Position numbers and translations under genes: made by a program
Notes under the pieces: generated by a model
What the model saw: the letters and a program-made list of their open reading frames with translations, nothing else
The model's database searches: none
Told to the model about the DNA's origin: nothing
Part shown: positions 26,077 to 35,638 of the stretch, piece by piece
How the letters are laid out: the number at the start of each line of letters is the position of its first letter
Position numbering within the stretch: position 1 is the first letter of the stretch
Sequence record: NC_042060.1
Strand: one strand, 5' to 3'
DNA: 64,000 nucleotides

Positions 26077-26490
26077 TTACCCTTTTAACTTTTTAATACT
26101 ATTGGATAAGTACATGACACTACGGAAAATTTTGAATCTTGAAAAGTATTCACGTACTTCTTTTTTAGTCAATACAAGTCTTCCATCTTTGTTTACATTA
26201 TCACCAAAGACAATTTCCTGAGTATTCTTCCATAAAGATCTATAAAGATAACAGCCGTGTGGTGCATCACACCAATCATAGATCTTAAGTTCAAATTCAA
26301 CTTTGTCGACAATATCATCATCAAATAAAATAGTATTTCCTTTACTATTTAATTCCATTAACTCATTTGCACAATTTATTGCAAACTCAACCGCTGCCCA
26401 GGTTCTACCACCGCTGAACATATCTTTACTTAATTTATTTAGATCGATAGCATTATAAGTTGTTTTCTTAGTGTTTTTCATGGACTGCAC
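26077..26490 (-). CDS. hypothetical protein
   Basis: 137-aa ORF downstream of a promoter motif. Confidence 0.75.
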   Translation of the reverse strand: MQSMKNTKKTTYNAIDLNKLSKDMFSGGRTWAAVEFAINCANELMELNSKGNTILFDDDIVDKVEFELKIYDWCDAPHGCYLYRSLWKNTQEIVFGDNVNKDGRLVLTKKEVREYFSRFKIFRSVMYLSNSIKKLKG

Positions 26491-26532
26491 CCCTCAATAA
26501 TAAATAGAATAATCTGTATTTAATTCACCTTT

Positions 26533-26560
26533 GTAATATACCCTTTAAATACATTTGAAT
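26533..26560 (-). promoter_or_regulatory. early promoter motif
   Basis: ATTCAAATGTATTTAAAGGGTATATTAC on the minus strand. Confidence 0.7.
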
Positions 26561-26571
26561 ACATGACATAA

Positions 26572-26593
26572 AGCCTTCCCCTGGGGGAAGGCT
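26572..26593 (-). terminator. intrinsic terminator after DHFR
   Basis: agccttccc / gggaaggct stem followed by TTATGTC. Confidence 0.7.
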
Positions 26594-26597
26594 ATTA

Positions 26598-27119
26598 TTA
26601 TGTTTTAATCCAATGGGTATATGTACATAGGTCAGTTTCTTTAATAATGGTTGATTTCCATTTATCCCATTTAATGATTTCTTTAGGGAAATAAACACAA
26701 CTACTATTATCGATTTCCATCTTGACAGTAGTAATGTACATTTCGTCTAAAATATCCTTTTCAATGACTTCTTTATAAAGTTGAGAACCGCCAATGATCC
26801 ATACATCCTTTCCAGTTTCTTTATTGAAATGAGTGGCATAAACAATAGCTGCACTTAGATTAGGGAGTACACCTAATTTATTATCATAGGCTACTGGATA
26901 ATTACCGTTACGATATAAACTTGATGATACAACAATGTTATTACGATTAGGTAACGGTTTACTACCTAAGGATAAGAAAGTATTTTTACCCATGATAACA
27001 CAGCAACCAGTTGTCATTTCTTTAAAGAAAGCTAAATCCTCAGGTATATGCCAAGGTAATAGATTATTATATCCAATGACACCATTTAGGTCATGGGCAA
27101 CGATTAATTTAATAGCCAT
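26598..27119 (-). CDS. folA: dihydrofolate reductase
   Basis: LIVAHDLNGVIGYNNLLPWHIPEDLAFFK, VIMGKNTF, PLPNRNNIVVS, IIGGSQLY. Confidence 0.97.
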   Translation of the reverse strand: MAIKLIVAHDLNGVIGYNNLLPWHIPEDLAFFKEMTTGCCVIMGKNTFLSLGSKPLPNRNNIVVSSSLYRNGNYPVAYDNKLGVLPNLSAAIVYATHFNKETGKDVWIIGGSQLYKEVIEKDILDEMYITTVKMEIDNSSCVYFPKEIIKWDKWKSTIIKETDLCTYTHWIKT

Positions 27120-27625
27120 TAATTTTCCTTAGGCCAGAATTTACAAGATACTTCATTATCTTTAAATTCAATAGCCCAACTACAGCAAGTGAAATTAGTT
27201 TTAAACTTAAATGTAGACGCTAATAGGTAATTAATTTGAGCCATTTGTAATAGCGTTAATTCACCATATACTTTCTCATCAATTAATACACCAGGTCTTT
27301 TATGTTTAATAACTAATTCATTCAACTTAATATCTTGTTCAATATAGAGGTATTCCACTTCGCCTTTTTCTAGTATGGGCATGTCCCAAAGAATCAGACT
27401 AATCTGCTGTGTGAATTCCTCAATATTAGTTGTAATATCTAGTCCTTCATAACCTATCAATAGATTTATAAGTACTTGTAGGCTAATCAGATTAACAGGT
27501 AAGTCTTTTAAATCGTCTTCTTTAATAGTTGTTCTAAAATAAACAGTGCCATCTAAGTTTTTAACTAATAATCTATTTAATAGATGATTGACTTCTGATT
27601 TAATCTGATAATCCAGTTTGATCAT
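27119..27625 (-). CDS. hypothetical protein (gp003 position)
   Basis: 168 aa, overlaps both neighbours. Confidence 0.75.
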   Translation of the reverse strand: MIKLDYQIKSEVNHLLNRLLVKNLDGTVYFRTTIKEDDLKDLPVNLISLQVLINLLIGYEGLDITTNIEEFTQQISLILWDMPILEKGEVEYLYIEQDIKLNELVIKHKRPGVLIDEKVYGELTLLQMAQINYLLASTFKFKTNFTCCSWAIEFKDNEVSCKFWPKEN

Positions 27626-28184
27626 TAGCTAACTCCTTGAGTCTAGTCATGCCATTACTAACTTCAATAATGTAACTAAAGTCAAAACTATATTTCATCA
27701 TTTTGAATTCTTCTTTAAAGTTAGCGATATTTCCAGACAGAGCAATTTGTTCAAATCGACTAAAATCAGTAATAGTTTCATCGAACATTAGTTCTCTTGC
27801 GGTAATATCTGGATCATAGTTAGGATGATCAACTACAGTACCTTCGTGGTTTAAAGTACCTTGAAAATTCAAAGTCTTTTTAACATGGTCTACAGTTATT
27901 TTCCAACTAGTTGCAATATACCGAGCTTTAACTAAATTAGGAGCATACCTGTAAATACACCATTGTAATGGAGTGCCAACAGTTTGCGTATCATGCGTGG
28001 CTTTTATAACTTTAATAAAATTCTCAAGTTGATCAAATGTAACATTCCTAGTTACACCATCATTAGTGGTTATATTAAGAGATGGTCGAAGACCAGTACC
28101 AAGATCATTGGTGATGATTATATCCTCAACTAAAGCTTCATATAACTTTAGTCCTTCTTTTCTGGATCCAACATCATTACCCAT
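27600..28184 (-). CDS. gp002-position protein; possible ChmB (phage nuclear shell partner)
   Basis: 194 aa, two genes upstream of DHFR; ChmB link from recalled gp2 naming, not from a sequence motif. Confidence 0.55.
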   Translation of the reverse strand: MGNDVGSRKEGLKLYEALVEDIIITNDLGTGLRPSLNITTNDGVTRNVTFDQLENFIKVIKATHDTQTVGTPLQWCIYRYAPNLVKARYIATSWKITVDHVKKTLNFQGTLNHEGTVVDHPNYDPDITARELMFDETITDFSRFEQIALSGNIANFKEEFKMMKYSFDFSYIIEVSNGMTRLKELANDQTGLSD

Positions 28185-28537
28185 TGTTTAGCTTCCTCTT
28201 TTGTTACCAGTTGATAAAGTTTATTAAATTCACGTTGACGCATTAATTTGTAATCTAGTATACGCCCATTATTTTTACGAATTAAAATAATAAAATCACC
28301 CGGACAGACAATTTTATCTTTATCTGGGCCTACACGTAAAATACCATGACTAGATTCAGTTAGATTACATAATGGGCAAATCGCATTACTAAGAGTAGAC
28401 TCTTTAGTAGGTATAGCATAACCAACAATAGCACCTTGGTTGATATTATTGATAACGCCATCACCAGGTATATCACCGTTCTTTTTCCATTCGATTGCTT
28501 CAATTGGATCGGTGTATTTCGGTAGATAAAAAGACAT
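28148..28537 (-). CDS. hypothetical protein with CxxC and VCPGDFII motif (widespread phage family)
   Basis: PIEAIEWKKNGDIP, CPLC..H, VCPGDFII, FNKLYQ. Confidence 0.7.
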   Translation of the reverse strand: MSFYLPKYTDPIEAIEWKKNGDIPGDGVINNINQGAIVGYAIPTKESTLSNAICPLCNLTESSHGILRVGPDKDKIVCPGDFIILIRKNNGRILDYKLMRQREFNKLYQLVTKEEAKQWVMMLDPEKKD

Positions 28538-28881
28538 TCTTAATTAACTCCGATAAATAATAGTAGTATAGTAAAAAGCACTTAGGTATATTTCTATTTT
28601 AAGCTATATTGTTGATAAAATAAAACCTAAGGGTACATAGTGGGTTATTATTTAAAGCTCTTAAATAGCATGGTAGAACGATATTGGACTATATAGCTGT
28701 AACCCTTAAGGCACTAAGGCTACAGAGGTTTTTAAGATAAAGATATCCAATGTACCATAATATGCTTTTACAATAGATCAACTAAATTCATTTAAAATGG
28801 GTCGTAAAAATACTTAGTTGATCTAAAGATATGTTGAATACTTTTTCACATGAACTTACGACTCACAATTGGAAATTAACA

Positions 28882-31170
28882 ATGTTAAAAACTATCATTA
28901 AACTAGACGGTACTGAAGAAGCATACTCACCTGCTAAGATTAATGGTTGGGGTGAATGGGCAGCCCAACATCTTGGCGATAAGGTGGATTGGAGTAGTGT
29001 TGTGATGGATGCTGTTCAAGCTCTTGGTGATAAAACTTCATCACAAGAACTACAATTACAACTTATTGAAGAATGTTTAAATCGTAAGACATGGTCTTAT
29101 TATCTAATGGCTGGTAGACTATATGCGATTTATCTTCGTAAGAAGTTCTATGGTCTAAATGGCATCCCAACTGTTAAAGCGCTTCAAACCAGGATGCGTA
29201 AAGATGGTATCATTGTTAAATTAGATTATAGTAGTAAAGAATACGCTCAGATTGAAAAGATCATTGATCACGATCTTGACCTACTTTGTCCGCATTTTTC
29301 ACTTCATCACATTCGTGGAAAGTATGCTCTACGTAATCGTAAAACTGGTCAAGAATATGAGACTGCCCAGTTTGTATATATGCGAATGGCAATGGCTCTA
29401 GCTGAAAAAGAGCCAGCTGAAACTCGCATGACTCATGTGGAGAATTACTATAAACTACTTTCTAATAAAATTCTTAGTGCGCCAACACCTAACTACGTTA
29501 ACCTAGGTACTAAGCTTCGTGGTTTTGCATCATGTTGCCTATTTGCTTCTGGTGATAATGGTGTATCACTGGCAATGGGCGATTATATTGCTAACATCAT
29601 GACCCAATCATCAGCAGGCATTGGTGTTAACTTAATGACTAGGTCAATTGGTGATCCTATCCGTAATGGCCTAATCATTCACCAAGGTAAGAAACCATAC
29701 ATCGATGTAATTGGTAAAGCAGTAAGGGCTAACCTACAAAATGGTCGAGGTGGTGCTGTTACGTGTTACTACAGTGCTTTCGATCCTGAAGCAGATATGA
29801 TTACTCAGCTACGTAATCCACGTTCTACTGAGGATAGGAAGAACCGTGATCTTCACTATGCATTCCTAAGTAATAAGTTCTTTGCTAAGAAAGCGGCTCA
29901 GAAAGATGGCATGATCTTTGTATTCAATCCATTTACTGCTCCAGATCTACATGATGCTTTCTATAGTGGTGATATTGATAAGTTTATTAAGCTTTATGAA
30001 AAATATGAAGCGGATCCTAAATTTGAGAAAACTTATGTAAATGCTCGGGATCTTCTCAAATCAATGCTAGTTGAAGCATATGAGACTGGAACCATCTATT
30101 CAGCTCAAATTGATGAACTCAATCATCATACACCATTTAAAGAACCTATTTACAGTTCTAACCTATGCCTTGAAATCGCAGAACCCACTAAGCCTTACTA
30201 TCGAATGGAAGATCTTTATTCTAGTGAGGATCACGGGCGCGGTGAGATTGCTACTTGTTCACTGGCTGCTATTGCAGTGGATAACGTTCCTGATAAGCAA
30301 ACTTATGAAATGGCGGCTTACTACGCACTTAAGATGATTGACTATTGTATCCTTAATGCAGAGTATGCTTTCCCACACCTTGCACTAACCGCTAAGAATC
30401 GAATGAGTGCTGGTGTTGGTATCATGGGTCTAGCCACACATATGGCACGTGCTGGCCTTAAATATAGCAGCGATGCTGGTAAAGCTGAAATCCACTTCAT
30501 TGCTGAACGGCATATGTACTTCCTTATCAAGGCGTCACTTAAGATTTCTAAAGAACGCGGGAATGCGCCTTGGATTCATAAGACTAAATGGCCAGAGGGA
30601 TGGACTCCACGTAAGACTTATAATAAGTCAGTGGATACTATCATTGAAGGTGGCTTTGAAGAACTTTATCCATGGGATGAGCTAGAGAAAGAAATTAAGG
30701 AGAATGGTGGTATTGCACACTCCGTACTAGCTGCATACATGCCTGGTGAAGCATCATCTAAGGCACTAGGGTCAACTAATGGTCCATACCCGGTACGTCG
30801 CCTAATTCTTAATAAGACTGATAATGGTGCACGTGTGCTATGGGCTGCTCCATATGGAGATGATGACTCCTATGTGTATGAATCAGCTTATGATATCCCC
30901 ACTAAAGATCTTATTGATTGCTATGCCATTATTCAAAAGTGGACTGATCAAACAATCAGTGCGGACCTCTACCGACGCATTGTAGGTTCTGAAAAGATCT
31001 CTTCTAATGAAATGCTAGGTAATCACTTCTACATGGTGAAACGTGGAATGAAAACCCGGTATTATGTAAATCTAGAAACAGCAGCAGGACTTGATATTAA
31101 ATCACTTGAACGTGCTGTTGAGGTAACTAATACTGAAGTTGGGTGTGCAGGCGGTTCGTGCACTCTTTAA
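28882..31170 (+). CDS. nrdA: ribonucleotide reductase class Ia alpha subunit
   Basis: ATP-cone-like start IIKLDG, ASCCL, SSNLCLEI, TCSLA, TRYY, C-terminal CAGGSC; ATG 28882 preferred over 28831. Confidence 0.96.
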   Translation: MLKTIIKLDGTEEAYSPAKINGWGEWAAQHLGDKVDWSSVVMDAVQALGDKTSSQELQLQLIEECLNRKTWSYYLMAGRLYAIYLRKKFYGLNGIPTVKALQTRMRKDGIIVKLDYSSKEYAQIEKIIDHDLDLLCPHFSLHHIRGKYALRNRKTGQEYETAQFVYMRMAMALAEKEPAETRMTHVENYYKLLSNKILSAPTPNYVNLGTKLRGFASCCLFASGDNGVSLAMGDYIANIMTQSSAGIGVNLMTRSIGDPIRNGLIIHQGKKPYIDVIGKAVRANLQNGRGGAVTCYYSAFDPEADMITQLRNPRSTEDRKNRDLHYAFLSNKFFAKKAAQKDGMIFVFNPFTAPDLHDAFYSGDIDKFIKLYEKYEADPKFEKTYVNARDLLKSMLVEAYETGTIYSAQIDELNHHTPFKEPIYSSNLCLEIAEPTKPYYRMEDLYSSEDHGRGEIATCSLAAIAVDNVPDKQTYEMAAYYALKMIDYCILNAEYAFPHLALTAKNRMSAGVGIMGLATHMARAGLKYSSDAGKAEIHFIAERHMYFLIKASLKISKERGNAPWIHKTKWPEGWTPRKTYNKSVDTIIEGGFEELYPWDELEKEIKENGGIAHSVLAAYMPGEASSKALGSTNGPYPVRRLILNKTDNGARVLWAAPYGDDDSYVYESAYDIPTKDLIDCYAIIQKWTDQTISADLYRRIVGSEKISSNEMLGNHFYMVKRGMKTRYYVNLETAAGLDIKSLERAVEVTNTEVGCAGGSCTL

Positions 31171-31176
31171 GTGTAT

Positions 31177-31202
31177 ACACCCTCCCTTAATTGGGAGGGT
31201 GT
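31177..31202 (+). terminator. hairpin between nrdA and nrdB
   Basis: acaccctccc-ttaatt-gggagggtgt; 22-bp core identical to 32853-32874. Confidence 0.7.
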
Positions 31203-31270
31203 TATTCCCAATTTATACTAACCTCTATTATTTATTGTAAGAAATATTTTTAAATTGTAAAGGAACTGAT

Positions 31271-32434
31271 ATGTCTACTAAATCTCAACTACCAAAGAAA
31301 ATCTTCAATGTTGCTAAGAGTGATTATCATCTACCGGAAATTATTCTTGGAGATGATCCAGGTCTACTAGATTCAATTCACACTCATTATCCTAAAATGT
31401 GGGAGCTATATAAGCGTCTAAAGATGCTTGATTGGGATGAGCTAGAATTTGACTTTTCCACTTGTCTAGTAGAATTTGAAACGTGTGATAAATCAACTTA
31501 TGACATGATGATTAAGACACTGGCCTGGCAATGGGAAGCTGACTCTGTAGCCAGTCGTTCCATTGTTAATATTCTATCACCTGTCATGACAGATTCACGA
31601 GTATGGGCGGGATATGTACGTATTAATGATAATGAAGACGTACATGCTTTAACTTATTCTGAAATTGTACGTAATAGCTTTAAAGATCCTAAAGTTATTC
31701 TAGACGAAATTCTTAGGGTAGAAGAAGCACAAGAACGAATGGTTGCAGTAGCCCGCACTATGGGTGAAGCACATGACGCAGTTCATGCGTATGCTCTTAA
31801 TCAGGTACCCAATGATCAAGAACTTTACAATAAAGTATTCATGTTCTTCATCGCTCTATATTTCCTAGAACGTATCCAGTTCATGGCATCCTTTGCAGTA
31901 ACCTTTGCTATTGGTCGTACTGGTGCATTCCAGCAAATTGCAGCCGCTGTTAAGAAAATTGCCCAAGACGAATTCGAAATCCATGCACAATATGGACAAG
32001 AAGTTATTCGTGCACTACTGGCAACTGAACGCGGTAAACTCGCTTACAGTCAATGTAAAGATAAAATCATTGAACTACTATGGGAAATTGTAAAGACTGA
32101 AGTTACCTGGATTAATTATCTATTCTCTGAAGGTCGTGAACTAACTGGTGTTAATGCGACTAAACTTATTAACTGGGTACTTTTCAATGCTAATGCCGCA
32201 GCAACATTCCTAAGTATTGAAAATGATGTTGTAGAACAGTATCAAGTGGAGTTTAAAGAATCAGCTGGATTTGATTTTGTTTGGCCAGAGAAGAACCCAC
32301 TTCTTTATATGGAAGACTACCTAGATATTTCATCAACCCAAGCATCTCCTCAGGAAGAAGAGAAGCCTGATTACATGGTCAACGTTGTAAATGATGTTGG
32401 TGAAGAAGAAGAATTTGAGGTTGACTTCTTATGA
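31271..32434 (+). CDS. nrdB: ribonucleotide reductase class Ia beta subunit
   Basis: Di-iron ligand and radical motifs WEADS, EDVHALTYS, LERIQF, DEFEIH, C-terminal PDY. Confidence 0.96.
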   Translation: MSTKSQLPKKIFNVAKSDYHLPEIILGDDPGLLDSIHTHYPKMWELYKRLKMLDWDELEFDFSTCLVEFETCDKSTYDMMIKTLAWQWEADSVASRSIVNILSPVMTDSRVWAGYVRINDNEDVHALTYSEIVRNSFKDPKVILDEILRVEEAQERMVAVARTMGEAHDAVHAYALNQVPNDQELYNKVFMFFIALYFLERIQFMASFAVTFAIGRTGAFQQIAAAVKKIAQDEFEIHAQYGQEVIRALLATERGKLAYSQCKDKIIELLWEIVKTEVTWINYLFSEGRELTGVNATKLINWVLFNANAAATFLSIENDVVEQYQVEFKESAGFDFVWPEKNPLLYMEDYLDISSTQASPQEEEKPDYMVNVVNDVGEEEEFEVDFL

Positions 32435-32844
32435 TTAAGATTATCACATTCGTAGTTTTAATGTGGTCCACTGTCCTATTTGCAGCAACTGAAGTAAAAT
32501 CAACTACAGATGGTATTATTGCACATTCAGAATGTCAGCTAGTTGCTAAAGATAGTAGTGTTGTCGGCACTACTGTTGGAGGTGCGGTTGGAGCCACCGC
32601 AGGCGCTGTATTAGGTCGAGCAATCTTTGGTAAATCTGGAGGTTGGGTAGGTGGTTTAATCGGTGGTGCCGCAGGCGGCGCAGTCGGTAATAATGTTAGT
32701 GCTACTGAAACATTTCAATGTAAACTGATTGTTAATACAGATGGCAAGCAGTACATGGTTCAAACAGTTACCAATGAAAAACCAAAGGTTGGTGATAAAG
32801 TCACTGTTGTTGAAATGAATGATGGTACACGAGATATAATGTAG
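32431..32844 (+). CDS. glycine-zipper 2TM secreted protein (SlyB/YcfJ-like)
   Basis: Signal peptide MIKIITFVVLMWSTVLFA; GxxxG repeats VGGAVGATAGAVLG and GGLIGGAAGGAVG; C-terminal KVGDKVTV. Confidence 0.8.
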   Translation: MIKIITFVVLMWSTVLFAATEVKSTTDGIIAHSECQLVAKDSSVVGTTVGGAVGATAGAVLGRAIFGKSGGWVGGLIGGAAGGAVGNNVSATETFQCKLIVNTDGKQYMVQTVTNEKPKVGDKVTVVEMNDGTRDIM

Positions 32845-32852
32845 ACATAATG

Positions 32853-32874
32853 ACCCTCCCTTAATTGGGAGGGT
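32853..32874 (+). terminator. intrinsic terminator
   Basis: accctccc-ttaatt-gggagggt then TTATG. Confidence 0.75.
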
Positions 32875-32929
32875 TTATGCTAACAATTCTATAGCACTCT
32901 TATTAACAGTCATCAACGAGAGAGTAGAC

Positions 32930-34813
32930 ATGAATAAAATGCTAAACTTCCTAAACCGTACGCTATATAGCGGTACTGAAAAAGTATCTTCAAAAGCTAC
33001 ACCAAGTCTAGAACACTTTAAAACAAATGTTGAACAAGTAGATAAAAAGATTCTACAACCCTTTAGTACTAAATTTAAAACCATTCTAAAAGAATGTTAC
33101 AGTAATGAGGAGTGGGTTGAAGAACAATCATTTATTGAAGAACCTATTGATCTTGGTTCAGCTGCACGCGGTCTTACCGAGCGCGGTATTATGCGTGGTG
33201 ATTGGGGACGCTTAGCGCATTCCACTATTAAAGAAGCAGAAGGTATGATGCGTACTTATAGTGGTCGTCTAAATGAAGATATGGAGGCATCTGAAATTAA
33301 TGAAGTAATTCAAGATATGCCTTATAACTTCACAGCTGGCTCAGCTAATACTAGCCGTTTAGAAGAAGATGACTCTATTTTTGTTGAAGCAGATACAACT
33401 GTAGTTGAACCTCTGTCTAAGCAGACTCTGCCAAAAGTAGCAGAACTTACTAACCAACTAGTAGAAGTTTATAACCGAATCACTGAAGAATTTACAGAAA
33501 CTGGTATTGCTAAAGTTGAACAAGTTGAACAGCCAGCAGTTCTTGTAGCACTTGGTGAGATCATTAGTAGTTTTAATAAACTAATTGATGCTTCATGTGG
33601 TGCTCTACCAGTGGAAGAAACTGTTATTGTAGAGGAGGATCCGTTACCTGCCATTGTTACTGGTCCAACTACTGAACCCATTGATGGTGAAATTCCACCT
33701 GTTGATGCTATTAATAATTCTGCGGCATTAGAAGAGTTTATTGAAGAAGTACTAAGTACTAATCCAGAATTCATTAAATACCAAAGTATGAATGATAGTA
33801 ATATTGATTCATATCTAACTGGAGATGACTGGATTATACTAAAATTTAAAGATGGTTCTTATTATTTATACAATGCCCAGAGTGCTGGTGAAACAAATAT
33901 AGAAATCATGAAAGATATGGCCGAAACTGGTAGTGGTCTTAATGGTTTTATAAATCGAGTTATTCGTGGCGGGTATGTAGAGAAGTCCATCATTAATACT
34001 CCCGGTTTTATACAAGTCTCAAATGAAGGTCTTATCGACACCATTAAGAGTATCTTCGACTCTGGCCCTGAGATCAATCTTGATAAAAAGAAGAAAGCTA
34101 TTGCTACACTGAAAAGTACCTATGGTGATGCCAAATGGGTGGCAGAAGCAAAGCTTAAAACCGGCGAAGTAAAAGTATCGAGTTACGAGACGTTCGCGTC
34201 TAATGATCCTAAGACCGCAAAAGCCAATATCACTAATGCTGTAGCTAAAGCTGATCGTCACAACCAGAAAGTTCTGGATGAGAACAGTAAGATACTAGCC
34301 CCCGTGGTTAATCTGTTCAAAGGGAATGATTGGCAAGACCCTAAGAAAGTCGCTACTCTTCTGGCTGAATGGAAACCCAATGTAAAGACAAACTTCCAAG
34401 AACCCAAATGGCCAGATAATGCTGGTGCTAAGATTAAGTTGCTTGATGCTACCGGTATTGTGGAAGCAGCTAACGTTATCATTGACGTTCTGTCTAACAA
34501 CACTAAGACTATTGCGGACACTTGGGTAGCCCAGTATCCTGACCTATCTGTCAATGGGGATATCTACAAACATAAGCTATCCACTATTAAAGATAAAGAT
34601 GCTCTTGAGGATGTATATCTGCTGGCTAAAAGGGCCGATAATGCCATTCTTAACATTCATGCATCGTACGACGACGCTAAGGTTGAATCTGCATATCGAG
34701 TATTTGCTATCGACATGTTGAAACTAATGCAAGCATCTGTCAGTAGCTTCCCAAGTGGTTCAACCGTAGAGAACACCAATGAACGCAATACGGTCATTGG
34801 TATTGAAGAATAA
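32930..34813 (+). CDS. modular virion head protein (phiKZ gp303-like) with internal KTSC-like domain
   Basis: 627 aa; S/A-x-E sites (SLE, SNE, ALE); duplicated LKxxYxxxxW motif; KTSC-like segment. Confidence 0.7.
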   Translation: MNKMLNFLNRTLYSGTEKVSSKATPSLEHFKTNVEQVDKKILQPFSTKFKTILKECYSNEEWVEEQSFIEEPIDLGSAARGLTERGIMRGDWGRLAHSTIKEAEGMMRTYSGRLNEDMEASEINEVIQDMPYNFTAGSANTSRLEEDDSIFVEADTTVVEPLSKQTLPKVAELTNQLVEVYNRITEEFTETGIAKVEQVEQPAVLVALGEIISSFNKLIDASCGALPVEETVIVEEDPLPAIVTGPTTEPIDGEIPPVDAINNSAALEEFIEEVLSTNPEFIKYQSMNDSNIDSYLTGDDWIILKFKDGSYYLYNAQSAGETNIEIMKDMAETGSGLNGFINRVIRGGYVEKSIINTPGFIQVSNEGLIDTIKSIFDSGPEINLDKKKKAIATLKSTYGDAKWVAEAKLKTGEVKVSSYETFASNDPKTAKANITNAVAKADRHNQKVLDENSKILAPVVNLFKGNDWQDPKKVATLLAEWKPNVKTNFQEPKWPDNAGAKIKLLDATGIVEAANVIIDVLSNNTKTIADTWVAQYPDLSVNGDIYKHKLSTIKDKDALEDVYLLAKRADNAILNIHASYDDAKVESAYRVFAIDMLKLMQASVSSFPSGSTVENTNERNTVIGIEE

Positions 34814-34824
34814 CTTACTGAGTA

Positions 34825-34839
34825 TGTAATGATATGTAG
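34825..34839 (+). promoter_or_regulatory. TGTAAT-NN-TATGTAG motif (late-type TATG promoter)
   Basis: Exact motif also at 37051-37065 and 39218-39232 upstream of tRNAs. Confidence 0.6.
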
Positions 34840-34980
34840 AAATGATCCCTCCCCCTCGTTTCTACATTAGTCATAATAAATCGGAGCCAGTCCCCCTTCC
34901 AACTGGCTCCCAGAGAGTAAAACTCTTTGCTGGGCATTAATGACGATATATCGCCTCCCTTCGGGGAGGCTTTATATTTT
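34836..34980 (+). ncRNA. candidate structured small RNA with two C-rich loops
   Basis: Stems 34834-45/34856-67 and 34883-91/34902-10 with loops UCCCUCCCCC and CCCCCUUCCA; third stem; UUCG terminator. Confidence 0.55.
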
Positions 34981-34981
34981 G
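34953..34981 (+). terminator. intrinsic terminator
   Basis: gcctccc-UUCG-gggaggc then TTTATATTTT. Confidence 0.88.
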
Positions 34982-35033
34982 TTTTTACGTATGTATATTA
35001 AAATATGTATAAACAACATAGAGTAATTATAAA

Positions 35034-35486
35034 ATGATCAAAAATGAACTTTTACCAGGGCTAATCTATGCCCAAAAAGAATTTGATAAAATTGCAGCTA
35101 ATGTAAAAGACTATGATAAGTATAAAAGACGCGAAGCTGGTAGGGCAAGTGCCGTTTTAAGAAGTCTAGTGAGCAATATTGTAAATCAGAATAAACCATC
35201 CTCACTTGAACATGAAGGCAAAGTTAGTACTACTAATACTAATGAATATTTAGAAGAAGTTAATAATTACTTCTTTAACATTAATAATATTAAATTAATT
35301 TCTCCTAAACTCATAAAAGAGAAATTAACAATTGATCTAATGAATATTTATGTTAAATGGAATATGATTGGAGTGGCTGGCCGAAATGATGTGCCAATTA
35401 TTGAGCACAGAATTAATGATTGGTGCGAAGTGACCGATGTCTACATTAATGGTAATAAGATAACTTCTTTACAATGGCCACGTTGA
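35034..35486 (+). CDS. hypothetical protein
   Basis: 150-aa ORF. Confidence 0.75.
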   Translation: MIKNELLPGLIYAQKEFDKIAANVKDYDKYKRREAGRASAVLRSLVSNIVNQNKPSSLEHEGKVSTTNTNEYLEEVNNYFFNINNIKLISPKLIKEKLTIDLMNIYVKWNMIGVAGRNDVPIIEHRINDWCEVTDVYINGNKITSLQWPR

Positions 35487-35544
35487 ATTTAAAATAAGTT
35501 GTAATAAAATACCTAGCATTACATGTTATGTATTGAAGCACAAT

Positions 35545-35629
35545 GCCCGAATGGTGAAATTGGTAAACACAGAAGACTTAAAATCTTCCGGCTACGGTCT
35601 TGTCGGTTCGAATCCGACTTCGGGCACCA
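35545..35629 (+). tRNA. tRNA-Leu(TAA)
   Basis: Cloverleaf, long variable arm, loop CT-TAA-AA, GGTTCGAATCC, encoded CCA. Confidence 0.95.
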
Positions 35630-35638
35630 ATTTAAATA

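Noticed and set aside
28540-28880. Replication origin or packaging site in the AT-rich gap between divergent genes
   Set aside because: Only short palindromes and no iterons. It coincides with the conventional annotation start, which is not evidence of function.
28882-32434. Introns or inteins in nrdA/nrdB (also checked in terL)
   Set aside because: ORFs are continuous, of normal length, and have all catalytic motifs in order.
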